50,799 bases of DNA, taken from contig NC_068984.1 of NCBI RefSeq assembly GCF_001194135.2, positions 67,389,570-67,440,368 on the forward strand. Reading direction: 5' to 3'. The notes beneath the pieces are model-generated. The model did not search any database. It saw nothing but the letters and a program-made list of their open reading frames with translations, and had not been told where the DNA came from. This DNA comes from Octopus bimaculoides. Its lineage: Eukaryota. Position numbers and translations under genes: made by a program. Below, piece by piece: positions 1-11,761 of this stretch. The first letter of the stretch is position 1, and each line of letters starts with the position of its first letter.

Positions 1-410
1 GCCCCCTGTGGGCAATAAAGAAATTGGTATCTCGTCTGCCGTTACGTTCTGAGTTCAAATTCCGCCGAGGTCGACTTTGGCTTTTTGTCCTTTCGGGGTC
101 GATTAAATAAGTACCAGTTACGCAGTGGGGTCGATATAATCGACTTGATCCGTTTGTCCGTCCTTGTTTGTCCCCTCTGTGTGTAGCCTCTTGTGGGCAG
201 TAAAGAAATAAGAAACGTTAGCACGCTGGGCGAAATGCTTAGCGGTATTTCGTCTGTCTTTACGTTCGGAATTCAAATTCAGCGGAGGCCGACTCTGCTT
301 TCATCCTTTCGGGGTCAACGAAATTAATTACTAGCTGCGTACTGGGGTCAATGTAATCGACTGGTTCCCTCCCCGAAAATGTCGGGCCTTGTGAATAGAA
401 AAGAATATTA
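1..410 (+). mobile_element. Tandem SINE units, family A (tail of one unit plus two 5'-truncated units)
   Basis: The core ggtat(c/t)tcgtctg..ttacgttc..gttcaaattc (B-box-like)..cctttcggggtc..ctggggtc..taatcgact occurs at ~25-145 and ~244-362. The tail tgtgggca(a/g)taaagaaat ends at ~23 and ~209. Reverse-complement copies lie at 17762-18203 and 37960-38085. Confidence 0.85.
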
Positions 411-1290
411 TCATTTTATAAGGTGACGTTAAAAGCGTATGCTTTTGCATGTAAATTTAAACATTGTAAAGATATTTTAGTCTCGTGTTGAAAATAAACA
501 CGCGTAATTTGTCAGTCATTAAAATTGCTATTCATTTGTTTTACTGCCTTACGTCTTTATTCATTCAAATAAACATGCTCTTTGTATAGACATAGCGAAC
601 AAAGCATTTAATATCTTGTAGAGCGAAACATAACAGCCTTGAATACAGCATGACTTCCGAGTAATTTCTACAGACAAAAAAATAATTAATTTTTTTTGCA
701 GGTTTTCTTTTTATATTGTTGATTTCTCTTTAAGCTTTACAAAACGTCGAATAATATTGTCATGTAACTCGAATAAATATCAAACGTAAAACGATTGAAA
801 TTAAATCAGCACGGTAATAATTTTACAAATGAATAATAATTGCTCACTATTTTATCATTTAGTGATGAAGTACAGATCACATTATGTTATTTTCCAATTC
901 ATTTGTAACTATATCATGAAAACAGGGGAGGTCTATTATGTATTCCATCTGATCATTTTCTCATGCATTGTCCACCGAATCTTTATTCACTAAAACTTTA
1001 AATCAATGTATTCATTTCATGCAAAGCAAAAACAATAATGTAATAAAGTAATCCAGTGCTAATATATTGGCAATTAACCTCTCTGTGAGTTACTGTTCCG
1101 CTTATAATCTTTCCGGATTCGACAAATTAAGAAGGATTTAGAAGGTAATATTTCCGATAGTTAGAAATACACATTCTCAGTAATGATTAATATAACAAGT
1201 ATTTTGACATCAACATGAGAGCTGTTGAAACGTTGCATCAACGCAGATGTCGCCTTTTGATAACCAATGCACGTTTATTTCTTTTTGCAG

Positions 1291-1377
1291 TAATAATCAA
1301 AACAATAATGCAAAGCGAATGTGATCATTCCTTTGCATTAACGAAACTCAGTTCGTTCATTTGCATTCGCCTTCTGG
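1291..1377 (+). CDS. Candidate symmetric (phase 1-1) 87-nt exon, unknown protein
   Basis: Acceptor tttatttctttttgcag and donor TGG|gtaaga. Only one frame is open (IIKTIMQSECDHSFALTKLSSFICIRLL). No recognisable homology. Confidence 0.15.
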
Positions 1378-3347
1378 GTAAGAAAGGCCTACATAAGAGA
1401 CTTTTTATTGTATACCTTATTTCTAAATTTTGAGAGTACACGGAGCACTCTGATCTTCGAAACACCTGAAGTTTGACTAAAAAATTTGGTAAAATAAGTA
1501 AATATTAAGAGAAAGGCCCAGCACTTTTACATTCTTTCCCAAAATGTTTTTGTTTCTGGTGTAGCGACTTATAAACCATTATAATTACTTACAATCTGCG
1601 TTCTTTTATTTTAGGAAGTAAAATATTTCTTAATCGATAAAATAATTAATATTGAATATAAAGTCACAACTAAACTGCCGACTGAGCACCTTCCCGCCGA
1701 GGCGTTAAGTGCGAACAAATAAACTCGCAAGGGTATATATTTTGGAGTATTCTGTTATTTATACTTATATGTCTTCCGTGACTCTTCTTTTATATAGTAG
1801 ATAGAAATGGTAAATTGTAACTACATATTTGACTTTGGGATTTCAATGTAAATACTACCGCGGTTGACTTTATCTTTCATATTTTGGAATCATTAAAATA
1901 AATGCTCGTCGTACAGCTTCACATCAACTTCCATTAAGTTGAACGGTAATAACATACTCCCCCATTATTTTTACTTCAACATACTGTCTACAGGAACGCA
2001 TTGTACAATATGTTCCTTTGTTTTTCAGTAGAACAGCATATGATGCAAGGAAAAGGAGAGGGATGTTGTTTTTTTTTTTTAACTCTTAAGCAGGTAGAAC
2101 GACTTCGTAGATGGTAATACTTTGGCTCATATATATTGCAGCAAGAGAGACATTAAGTTGGTAACACCGCGAATACCACAGTATTTCTACGTTTGAAATT
2201 ATACTCAATCAAAATAAATCATCGTTATTAAGTTGCTGGTCTAAATGTCAAATTAGTTAATTAAAATTATATCTTTTCTGCCAAAAGTATAATCAAATGT
2301 ATTTCTTAGATTTCCTTTTAAGCTGCTGGAAATTTGCTTCTTGGATGTGAAAGTATTTTTTAAGATATCAATTAATAAATAACATAATCATGTCAACAGC
2401 AGTATAGAGATCTGAATAAATATTAGCATGATTTCCTATCTCAACAGCATATTTGAACCAAATTACATTTCCCAGTGGACATATCAAATCCAGAATAAAT
2501 TACATTTTTAACGAAAAATTTAAAACAGAATTTGTACTGTTAAATTGGGGATTACATACATTCTTTTGAAATGCATATTGATACCTGAATTTCAGTACAA
2601 CTGTGCCATCACTAAAATCGTAAAGCCAGCGGTCATAATCTCATTTGAATTTTTAATCTCAGTAAAAGTTATTTTCTATAAAAAAAAAAGGACTAAAATT
2701 GGTTATATTTTGTCATTAATGAATATATATATATATATATATATATAATTAATTGAAATCATAAGATATGGACAGAGATATAGTTTAGTGTTTAAGGAAT
2801 ACACTTTGCAACGCCATAGTACGGTTTCTTCTAAATAGGTATACAAAGCAGCCGATTCTTTCAATGATCTCGTGATGGCTAGTATCTTGTTAGAGGAATT
2901 TTATTGGGGGAGAATGTGCGGACGCCCATCATATACAAGTTTATTAATGTATATGTTTAAAAGGATGCAAAATTCAGTATTGTTTACGATGCGTTCTTTT
3001 GTGTTCTATAACTTAGGGGTCGGTAATATAAGTACCAGACAAAAATATAGGGTGAAAAGTTTCGATTAAATCATTGAATCCCTGATCCGATTAAATGGCT
3101 GAAATCATGAGTAGAACATTCGTTTCTACAAGTAACACGTTTATTTTGTAGTCGCAAATTCATTTCTGCAATGGATTTTCCTTTAGAATTTTAGAAGCGT
3201 AATAGCTGGTTTTTCATTTTAGTTTACTCTGCTAAAAGGATTAGGCCCTGTTTTATTTCCGTGTATGTATCATGCTATAAAGTAGCGTCTCAAGAACGTA
3301 CGGATATCTAACCCGTGGATAATCTGAGATTGCCGACGTCCCTATAA

Positions 3348-3633
3348 CTCTTTTACTCTTTTATTTCGTTCAGTCATTTGACTGTAGCCATGCTGGTGCA
3401 CCGCCTTTTAGTCGAGCAAATCGACCCCAGGACTTATTCTTTGTAAGCCTAGTACTTATTCTATCGGGATTTTTTGCCGAACCGCTAAGTTACGGGGACG
3501 TAAACACACCAGCTTCGGTTGTCAAGCGATGTTGGTGAGACAAACACAGACACACAAGCACATAGACACATACACACACATATATATATATACATATATA
3601 CGACAGGCTTCTTTCAGTTTCCGTCTACCAAAT
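3348..3633 (-). mobile_element. SINE family B, 3' half with internal (CA/TA) microsatellite
   Basis: Shares ccatgctgg.gcaccg.ctttagtcga.caaatcgacccca.gacttattct and aagttacggg.acgtaaacacacca with 22070-22255, and matches the reverse complement of 9490-9687 and 38345-38570. Confidence 0.85.
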
Positions 3634-3925
3634 ACAAATTTAAGTATTTAATACGAAGTGATTTGATTTATAATCTATCAATTTAAACTAAATAACACTA
3701 AAATTTGATGAATGATAAAAGCTCCTTCCAAGAGTTCATACATAATTCAAAGCATCGTATCATCCACAAAATACTTAACTATTAATAATCCGCTATAAGT
3801 TTCTGTACATTAGTAAAAGATGACGGTAGCATTTATCGGTGTCTGTGACGAAACTCTGTAAATGACGAATGTTTTGTTCTCTAAACTTGAGTTAATAATA
3901 TAAAATGCACATTTTTTTTCTGCAG

Positions 3926-4081
3926 TTTGGACTCGAAACCTTGCAGAATTATGGCATGGAAAATAATCATCGCTTTGCGTATGCAACGTCAGAAAAGTCA
4001 GGCACTATTGGAGAAAGAAATAAACAGGAATTGTTTGATTTACGTCGTCAACATGTTATGACTTATTCTAAAACACGATAA
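3926..4081 (+). CDS. Candidate phase-0 terminal exon (51 aa plus stop), unknown protein
   Basis: Acceptor ttttttttctgcag, then open frame FGLETLQNYGMENNHRFAYATSEKSGTIGERNKQELFDLRRQHVMTYSKTR*. No homology recognised. Confidence 0.17.
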   Translation, partial: FGLETLQNYGMENNHRFAYATSEKSGTIGERNKQELFDLRRQHVMTYSKTR

Positions 4082-4451
4082 TTATATTCTTTAACATTTT
4101 ACTCCAGTTTTTATGTTATCAAAGCAAGTAATACAAGAATTTTACATTAAATATACAGATGTTTTATACGAGGAAGAGCTTGTGTTGTTTTCCATTACTT
4201 GTGAATTAATAGTTTATCGAAATAAATTGTTACATTAGAAGTGATCTTCGGCCGTTGCAAATATATAGAAAATAATTTAGTGTGCACAGCAGATAAAGTT
4301 GTTAATAGTTGAATCTTTTGTCGTAATTCCTTTTTTTGTTTAATTTTGTTAAACTAAAAGAAAATCCATCATTCGATTAAGCAGTCGTTGAATTTGATGT
4401 AGAGAAAGAAAATACAAATCTTATCATTTAACATATTTTTTCTAACGACAG

Positions 4452-4607
4452 CTGTTCAATGAATTCCAACCCTACGCATCAAGTGCCCATAATGCTCTGG
4501 TCAATGAGATTAGCTTGGTAAATCCAAAACAGATGGAGCAAACTCAAGTAAAAAGATTGGATGTTTTAGAACGGCACCGCAGTGAGAAGAAGAATGAAAC
4601 GGTGTAA
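4452..4607 (+). CDS. Candidate phase-0 terminal exon (51 aa plus stop) ending in ETV*
   Basis: Acceptor tattttttctaacgacag, then open frame LFNEFQPYASSAHNALVNEISLVNPKQMEQTQVKRLDVLERHRSEKKNETV*. Higher GC than the flanks. The C-terminus fits the class I PDZ-binding pattern (S/T-x-V). Confidence 0.22.
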   Translation: MFNEFQPYASSAHNALVNEISLVNPKQMEQTQVKRLDVLERHRSEKKNETV

Positions 4608-7600
4608 CAAGATCGTTTTTTAGATATGTCCACATCAACGATTTCAGTTTACATTTAGCTTATGAATTCAAGTGAAAAAGAAAAAAAATGGTTCAGAGAT
4701 TATAAAGACAGATATGTTTACTTTGACAAATCAAACTTGAATCATTAAATTCTGTGTCTATATGTATTTGTAGCTAGATACAGACGTTTGTTATATGATT
4801 ATTTAACGAATAATTCTTTTTGTTGTTAAAGCATATGCATTTGTATACATGTATCTGTATATACGCACACACATGTATATGTGTGTATGTATATATGTAT
4901 GTATATATGTATACATGTACATTCATAAACTTATATGAATGCCGTTTATCTATGTATTCATATGCTTCTCGTTATGTGTGTGAATTTGTAAATGAATACG
5001 CCCATCTATAAAATACATTTTCTGTACAGCTTATGCAACAATATGCATTTGTATGTTTGAGCAATTCAGATATAATAATTACTCATTGTTATTTTAACTT
5101 CTATCATTATATAAAACACACGCAATGTAAAACAGCTTCAGCAGTAAAGTTGACTCGTGATATCGCAATAAAAGCAGTTAAATCTGGAATTCGAAAAGCC
5201 TATTCGTTTCCTTTCAGTTTTAATAATTTTTGTAATTTATGACATATCATCCAAAGTCTGTAGACTTTGGTTTCCCACCCCTTTTCTATTCTAATCAGAA
5301 ACTATCTACTACAGAATATAATAACATCTACAAGTACTCTCGAAACAGATGTCTATCGTGTTTCGCCAGTTAGAGATACTACAAATCTATATTGGAACTT
5401 TTCTTAATGTGATGCTGTTACTTAAGATGCACGTAATGCAATACATATGTATCAGATGTAAATAGCTATGATCTTCTGTTATTTTGGTACAAGATTTCTG
5501 TTTCCTTTTACTGTATATTCCTTTACATTTACTTCCTATTACCCAATTCTTCAGCCCATTAGCATGTTTTCGAACCCCTCTTATTTTGCGTACAAACCTA
5601 TCTTAATACACTGATCTTGATCGTCTCAACACATCAAAGGTAGAATTTCCATTTCCCTTGTCAAACTGTTCATCTAACAGTCATTTAACCTATCCATGTC
5701 TCATCTAAAACTTGATTATACAATGCTCTTGGCAGCTTTCTTGCCATTTAAGCCAGACCGTTGGTTGGTTAGACATTTTATACTTAATTCATTACATTTA
5801 GGCTGTCTGATTAGTACACCGTCAACGTAAGACCACCTTTAAAATAATTACATCAAACTAGAGGTTTTTGCACACCAAAACAAGTACAAGATGACTACCA
5901 GAATTAAGTATAGTTTTGGGCAGCATCGAACGGCGCGCAAGCTCTCTCACGTCCCAAATTGTAAAAAAATGTATTCTATTCCTGGCCAACGGGATCTATA
6001 TTAACTTCCTAGAATCAACGTTATCAACAACCTAACAAACAGTATTTGATCTATATTAAATATATCTAAGTATTGACGTGTATTAAAATTCTTACAAACG
6101 AAACCCTAATGTTTGCTTCTTGACTCTACACAGTAAACATTACCAGATTTCTCATCTTTGATGTGGCCAGCGTCACCAGTACATGCTAACAGTTGCCAAA
6201 TATAAAGGATTCTCCAATCAATGCACAAGGTAACGCGTTGCTTTAATGAAATGTGTTTCTTTACTCTGCAGGAGTCGCATCCAACTCCAACCTCAATCAA
6301 ATTATTTCCAAAACTTTAAAACTTCCTCCCTCAAATGCAATATATCTTAATCTATAGAACCATACAACTATGTTATAACCCACTGAACAATATTTCTTTT
6401 GACTGAAACATATATATACCTATAATCCTTAACAACCACAAACCTCCTCTTTCATCATCAGGAGGGAAGATATATGATGTTCCATCTTCGTCCAGGTTTT
6501 TCACATGCATCGCTGTACATTTAAGTCTTCTGCAACATTACTAGTCTAAATTTATCTCTTACGGCTCAGACATTATTTCTTTCACTAAATAACAAAACAA
6601 CATGTCGCTTTTGGTAGATATATATTTGCAGCAATGAGATAATGGCAATATGTCTGGTGCCTATTAGGCGACAGCCGTGTATGATTCGTTACGCATAAAC
6701 TTTTATAAAATAACTTGTTTTTTTTCATAAATATTTAACAAAAGATATATGTAATACATTGCTTTATTGTTATTAGCATGAATTTGTTGCAATTTTAAGC
6801 ATAACTCACATCTTCTGCAGGCTTTGACTTAATTTCTGAACTATGTAGTTTGGTAAAAGTCCGGTAATTTCGTATCTGAATAATATATCAGTGAAACGTA
6901 ATTGCTATTTAGAACTTGAAAGGCTTTCCGAGTCTTACAAGAAAAAAAAAAAAAAGAGGAGAACTCACTTTTGGCTTCTGATTTTATCTGAGACACATTC
7001 AGTATTTATTGGTTAATTAACCTACTTATATCTTAGTGCTATTAATTTGAGCATAGCAATCGAATACTAACCATACCTGTTTTGTATTTCCGTGGATGCC
7101 TTATTTTGACGGGCCAATGACACCTTTCAACAATTTAGATCTCTTTAAATTTGTGTAAAGCTAATGCCCATGTCTACCACTACTACACCACTCTTTTTCA
7201 TCTACTCAGTATTTTTTGCTGTTTGACAAAATTTGTATCATGATTTAACACAAGCACAAGCAAGCGTTGTTGCATGCAACGTTGGTTTGAATAAAAATTG
7301 ATAAGCCAATCGTAGACAATATTCTTATAAATCGTCTCTCGTGAAAATATCACCCACTAAAAAATAAAAGTATTATCACTTTTGGCTAATCCCAACCATT
7401 CTCTTAGTCAAGTGATACCTTGCTTATGTTTTCCTTAATATATAGTTTTCATAAATCCGCTATATGAGGGAAGGGATAAATTGAATCAAATCTTAAGTTA
7501 CGATGAAATAATTGTCACCTGATTCGTTACACTTTTCCATCAATGTTTCTGCCAGACTAATTATAGGTTTATTAAGTATAATTCATATGATTTACATATG

Positions 7601-9200
7601 CCCTCTTATATAAGTCAATAAAAAGAACCACGATGTACATGTTCTTTGTGTAAACTCACTTAAACTTTTAAAATATTGCTTACTATGATATATGAGCTCA
7701 GATACCGACAAAATCGGAAATATTCAGTCAGAAATTGTGAAATACTGGAAATATATAAGCATATACTTGGGATGTAATTATATACACTAATTAATTTCAG
7801 GTACATATATTTAATGAGATGAAGATCTGATTAACTTAGAATTCTGAAATGCTATATCACTCATTATAACAAATAAATTATTTATATTCTATATGTATTA
7901 AGTTGGACGTGAGATGAGCGCTATCGTGTGTAAATCTCATACAAAGTCATGTTTTAATGATTTCTTAACTGTTTGAAAAACTGGTCAATCGAGTAAATCA
8001 TAGTGATGAAAGAATGAGATTGAGCGAGTGCTTCATTGATTTTGGATTATATTCTAATTAGAGTGAGTGTTTAATACTAATTTAAAGTTACAGAATAATA
8101 TTTCAAGGATATCCAACCACGTGACAAACGCATTCATCGTTAAATTCACTGAATTAGAAGATAACTGATGCATGTATATGTACGTGAACGCATGGATATA
8201 CCAAACCAAGAATATACAAAAGATTGTTTGAATGTACCAGCGTCTATTAGGTAAACTTCAAATGAAGGTGATTGTTGCCTATTCCCAAATGAAAAACAAA
8301 ACAGTGATAGTTCTAGGATGTGTTTTATGATGCAGAATAATACACTGAGCTGGCAACAATTACAACGATATATCTGTTGGTCAGGTATTAAAATGCCAAC
8401 TAAGGGAATATATATTTAAAGTAATGTTTAATTCAAATGTATTTCCACTTCAGTTTCAACGCTAACTGTTCTTGATTTGTTTTCTTTTAATTACTAATTT
8501 AAATTAGTCACTCTTACATAAGCAATATTTCTGTTATTGGTGCCTAGTCCCAGCACAGACATCGGTGAGAGGTGACCTATTATAAAAATGTCGGATATCT
8601 AGATACATTCCATTTAAGACATCGACCATGAACGTGAACAAAACCTTGTTTTTTTTTAAAATAAAATAGTGTGAATCGAGATACTATCATCTGCTATTTC
8701 CAGTAGTTTCATGCTCCACGTAGAAACAATTCTATTGTCATTTTCACGGCACAAGCCTTTATTTTTTGCTAACCAAAAATGAAAGATGGCGACTTTGAGA
8801 AAAGACAAACTCCCGTTGACCTTCTGATAAATTATATCCATACATGAGTTAATCATTCTATATCAGTTAATGATTATATAGATTTCTGTAACATTAATTG
8901 TATGTATTTCTTTAAGCATCATTAGATCGGCTAACAACTGATGATGACTTCTTTCAGGAACGTTAATTGCTTATCATGAACTTCCATGTGCGAATAAAAG
9001 ATGTTTTTTCGTTGCCCCACCTTCGCTACTTTTCTTTAAGGCCTCCATTAAATAGACTATTAAATACAGACAAGTTTCCTAACGTCTGATTGGTATTCAT
9101 AACAGAAAAAGCCGGACGCTGCCAGCTATTCTGTCATGCATTCTATTAATTCCATCAATTCGCCGACCATGTACTATGTACTAGGTTTTTCCCAACATTA

Positions 9201-9687
9201 AGGCGTAGTTGTGTGGTAAGAGGGTTGCTTCCTAACAAGATGGTTCTGGGCTTTGCCCCACTGCGTGGTTTCTTGGACAATTATCTTCTTCTATCCCGGG
9301 GTCAGACTAGGCCCTGCGCATAAATTTGCTAAACGGAACCGAAAGAAGTGCGTCTTGTGTGTGTTTGCTTGTTTGTGTGTGTGTGTATATATATCTAAAT
9401 ATATATATATATATATACATACACACACAGAGATATATATTTATATATATATATATATATACTAATATACATATATGTATGTGTGTGTCTTTCTGCTTGT
9501 GCTTGTTTCCCACCATCGCTTCATAACCAGCATTGATTTGTTTACGTCCCTGTAAATTAACAATACTACAAAACAAGGCACTAAGCTTTCAAAACATAAG
9601 TACTGGGGTCAACTTCTTCAACTAATTCCTTCAAGGTGTCTGAGCATGGCCGCAGTCCAAAGAGTGAAACAAGTAAAAAATAAAAGA
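9201..9687 (+). mobile_element. SINE family B, near full length and diverged, with central (TG)n(TA)n tract
   Basis: Head ggcgtagttgtgtggtaagagggttgcttcc..ccccactgcgtgg, central microsatellite 9355-9490, and tail gtttacgtccctgtaa..tactggggtc..gcatggccgcagtc..gaaacaagtaaaaaataaaaga. Confidence 0.8.
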
Positions 9688-9814
9688 TTAACTGACTATT
9701 TATCTTCCATCAGTAAATGTATTAATAATGGTTGTCACATGCATTTAATGGAGAGTTATTAAGTTAAAATTACGAGTCATATTTTATTTAGAAAGATGTT
9801 TTTCGTTGCCTCAC

Positions 9815-9964
9815 CTTCCGGTACTTTTTTTTTAAAGCCTCCATTAAATAGCCCATATGTATTATTGAGGGCACATACACAACATATGTTTTCTGATTGT
9901 TCGCAAGTTCGCTGCGAATAGTGCTGTGGTGACGACTCCCTCATAGTACTGGGTGTTAAAATAC
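9815..9964 (-). CDS. Candidate symmetric 150-nt exon, unknown Cys-containing peptide
   Basis: On the minus strand: acceptor tctctcctgtcaatgtctttcag, donor GAAG|gtgagg, open phase 1-1 frame ILTPSTMRESSPQHYSQRTCEQSENICCVCALNNTYGLFNGGFKKKVPE. A second frame is also open up to a stop, so the reading frame is ambiguous. Confidence 0.17.
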
Positions 9965-10987
9965 CTGAAAGACATTGACAGGAGAGACAACTCATCTGCA
10001 ATCCCATTCAGTAATGATGGATAACGATATTTTTGAGGTTTATCAATATCATGTACTTGTATCGAACGGGAAATGAACCGAAATGCCAGTCTATGACTAT
10101 ATACAGGTAGTAAATGAACCACTTGCTGGTAAACCACGATGGAGTTGGAGGCGAATTGTCTCGTCTGTCTGTGTTTTAACACCAAGTGTATAAAGGAGCC
10201 ATTCACAATGCGCTATGCTGCAGCGAATCTCCTAACAACCAAAACACATACATTTAGTGTTTGACAGTCGATAATGTTTACAACCCATGCTTTTAATTCG
10301 TAATTGAATTTAATCTTACATGTGCATCTTTGTGGTGACATACAAGTAAAAGGTTCTTACACAATTTGTATGTGAATATCAGGAGTTGAATTGCTGTCCA
10401 AACACACACACACACACACACACACATATAAATATACATACATACACACACACACATATATATATATATATATGTATATATATTTGCACAATGGATGTGT
10501 ATATGTGTGTGTTTGTGTCTGTGTGCTTGAATATACACGTATCAAAAGCATATAATATATATAACTACATAACATGCATTTGTACAATGACCAATATAAA
10601 AATAATCATACAAATAATCCATGAGATGACAAAAATTAAGATACACATTTATGAGTGCAGCTTTAATCTGCAAATATTCTTCGGATAATATCTGCCATTT
10701 ACTCTCTGCACTAAAACCTCCCCCATTTGGCGGGTAGTAAACGATTGCGTGTCACTATCTTCCTCTGGGTCCAGCTCTAATCTTCCTAGTATTAACATGA
10801 CGCAGCAAGATCTCCTCCATGCTACGCTCTTCAAAATCCGAATAGCTGTCTTCCTCTCAAGTCCTACCACTCACAGACCTGTTAGTAATGATCACACAAA
10901 CTGTGTCCGGAAAAGCCTAGAGCTAACCGTAAATATATGTTTTATGTCATATAGTATGATATACATACTGTATCATACACATACACA

Positions 10988-11029
<42 letters not shown>

Positions 11030-11030
<1 letters not shown>

Positions 11031-11590
11031 GGAACAAGAACGTAACAGGCGACAACAAAACAATCGGACAGTTAGACGATACAAAAAGGGACAGGAAAAA
11101 ACAAGGACGGGTCATTCAGAGCTTTCAATCTTCAGTCGAGTACCAGATCGTCTTTGTGGTTTCGGCAAGTTACTCTCAAGACTGCTATAATCTGGCAGGC
11201 CCCAAGAAAATCTAACCTAAGAGCACCAGATTCTTTGGAAGAAAGCAAGCGAAAAACAAAAAAACGGCGAAATAGTACACAATTTCAAATACAAACAACA
11301 GGACATTAATAACAGGTGTCTTTCGACTAAGAACGAATTAAATTAAGCTAGCGTGTGTGGAAGTGAAGCCTTGCAGTAGGAACATAGAAGATGAAAGTCA
11401 TGGGAAGGAATATAAGACATGCTACACGGATGGAAGTCGAACCAAGAAAGAAAGGTCACGCTTGGCCGAACACCGGCTACGTAGAAGGAGAGGAGAGAAG
11501 TAGTGGGTAGAGGGATTGAAGATTTAGTGAGGGACGAGAAAGAGAGAAAAACAGGAAAGGGACAGAATGAAGTAAAGGAAGAGGGAAAGT
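11030..11590 (-). mobile_element. Probable unclassified interspersed repeat
   Basis: Higher-GC block sharply bounded by (TA)n tracts, with a purine-rich 3' part on the plus strand and no convincing ORF. The minus strand contains gccgaaac and ctgaaga, motifs seen in PLE-type termini. No second copy in this window. Confidence 0.35.
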
Positions 11591-11724
11591 GATGAGAATA
11601 TATATATATATATGTATAAATATATACGCACACAAGTAAGCACATATATAATATACACACATGTATACTATGAAAATAAATATACTTATAGCATATACAT
11701 ATATTTATGTACATTAATATATAT

Positions 11725-11761
<37 letters not shown>

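Noticed and set aside
2839-2945. Open frame VYKAADSFNDLVMASILLEEFYWGRMCGRPSY after an acceptor
   Set aside because: No convincing donor site and no recognised homology.
5240-6560. Possible very old retroelement (YVDGVLI on minus; SGGKIYDVP on plus)
   Set aside because: The motif-like words fall on opposite strands and no collinear series of RT or endonuclease motifs could be built by eye. A profile-HMM search would be needed.
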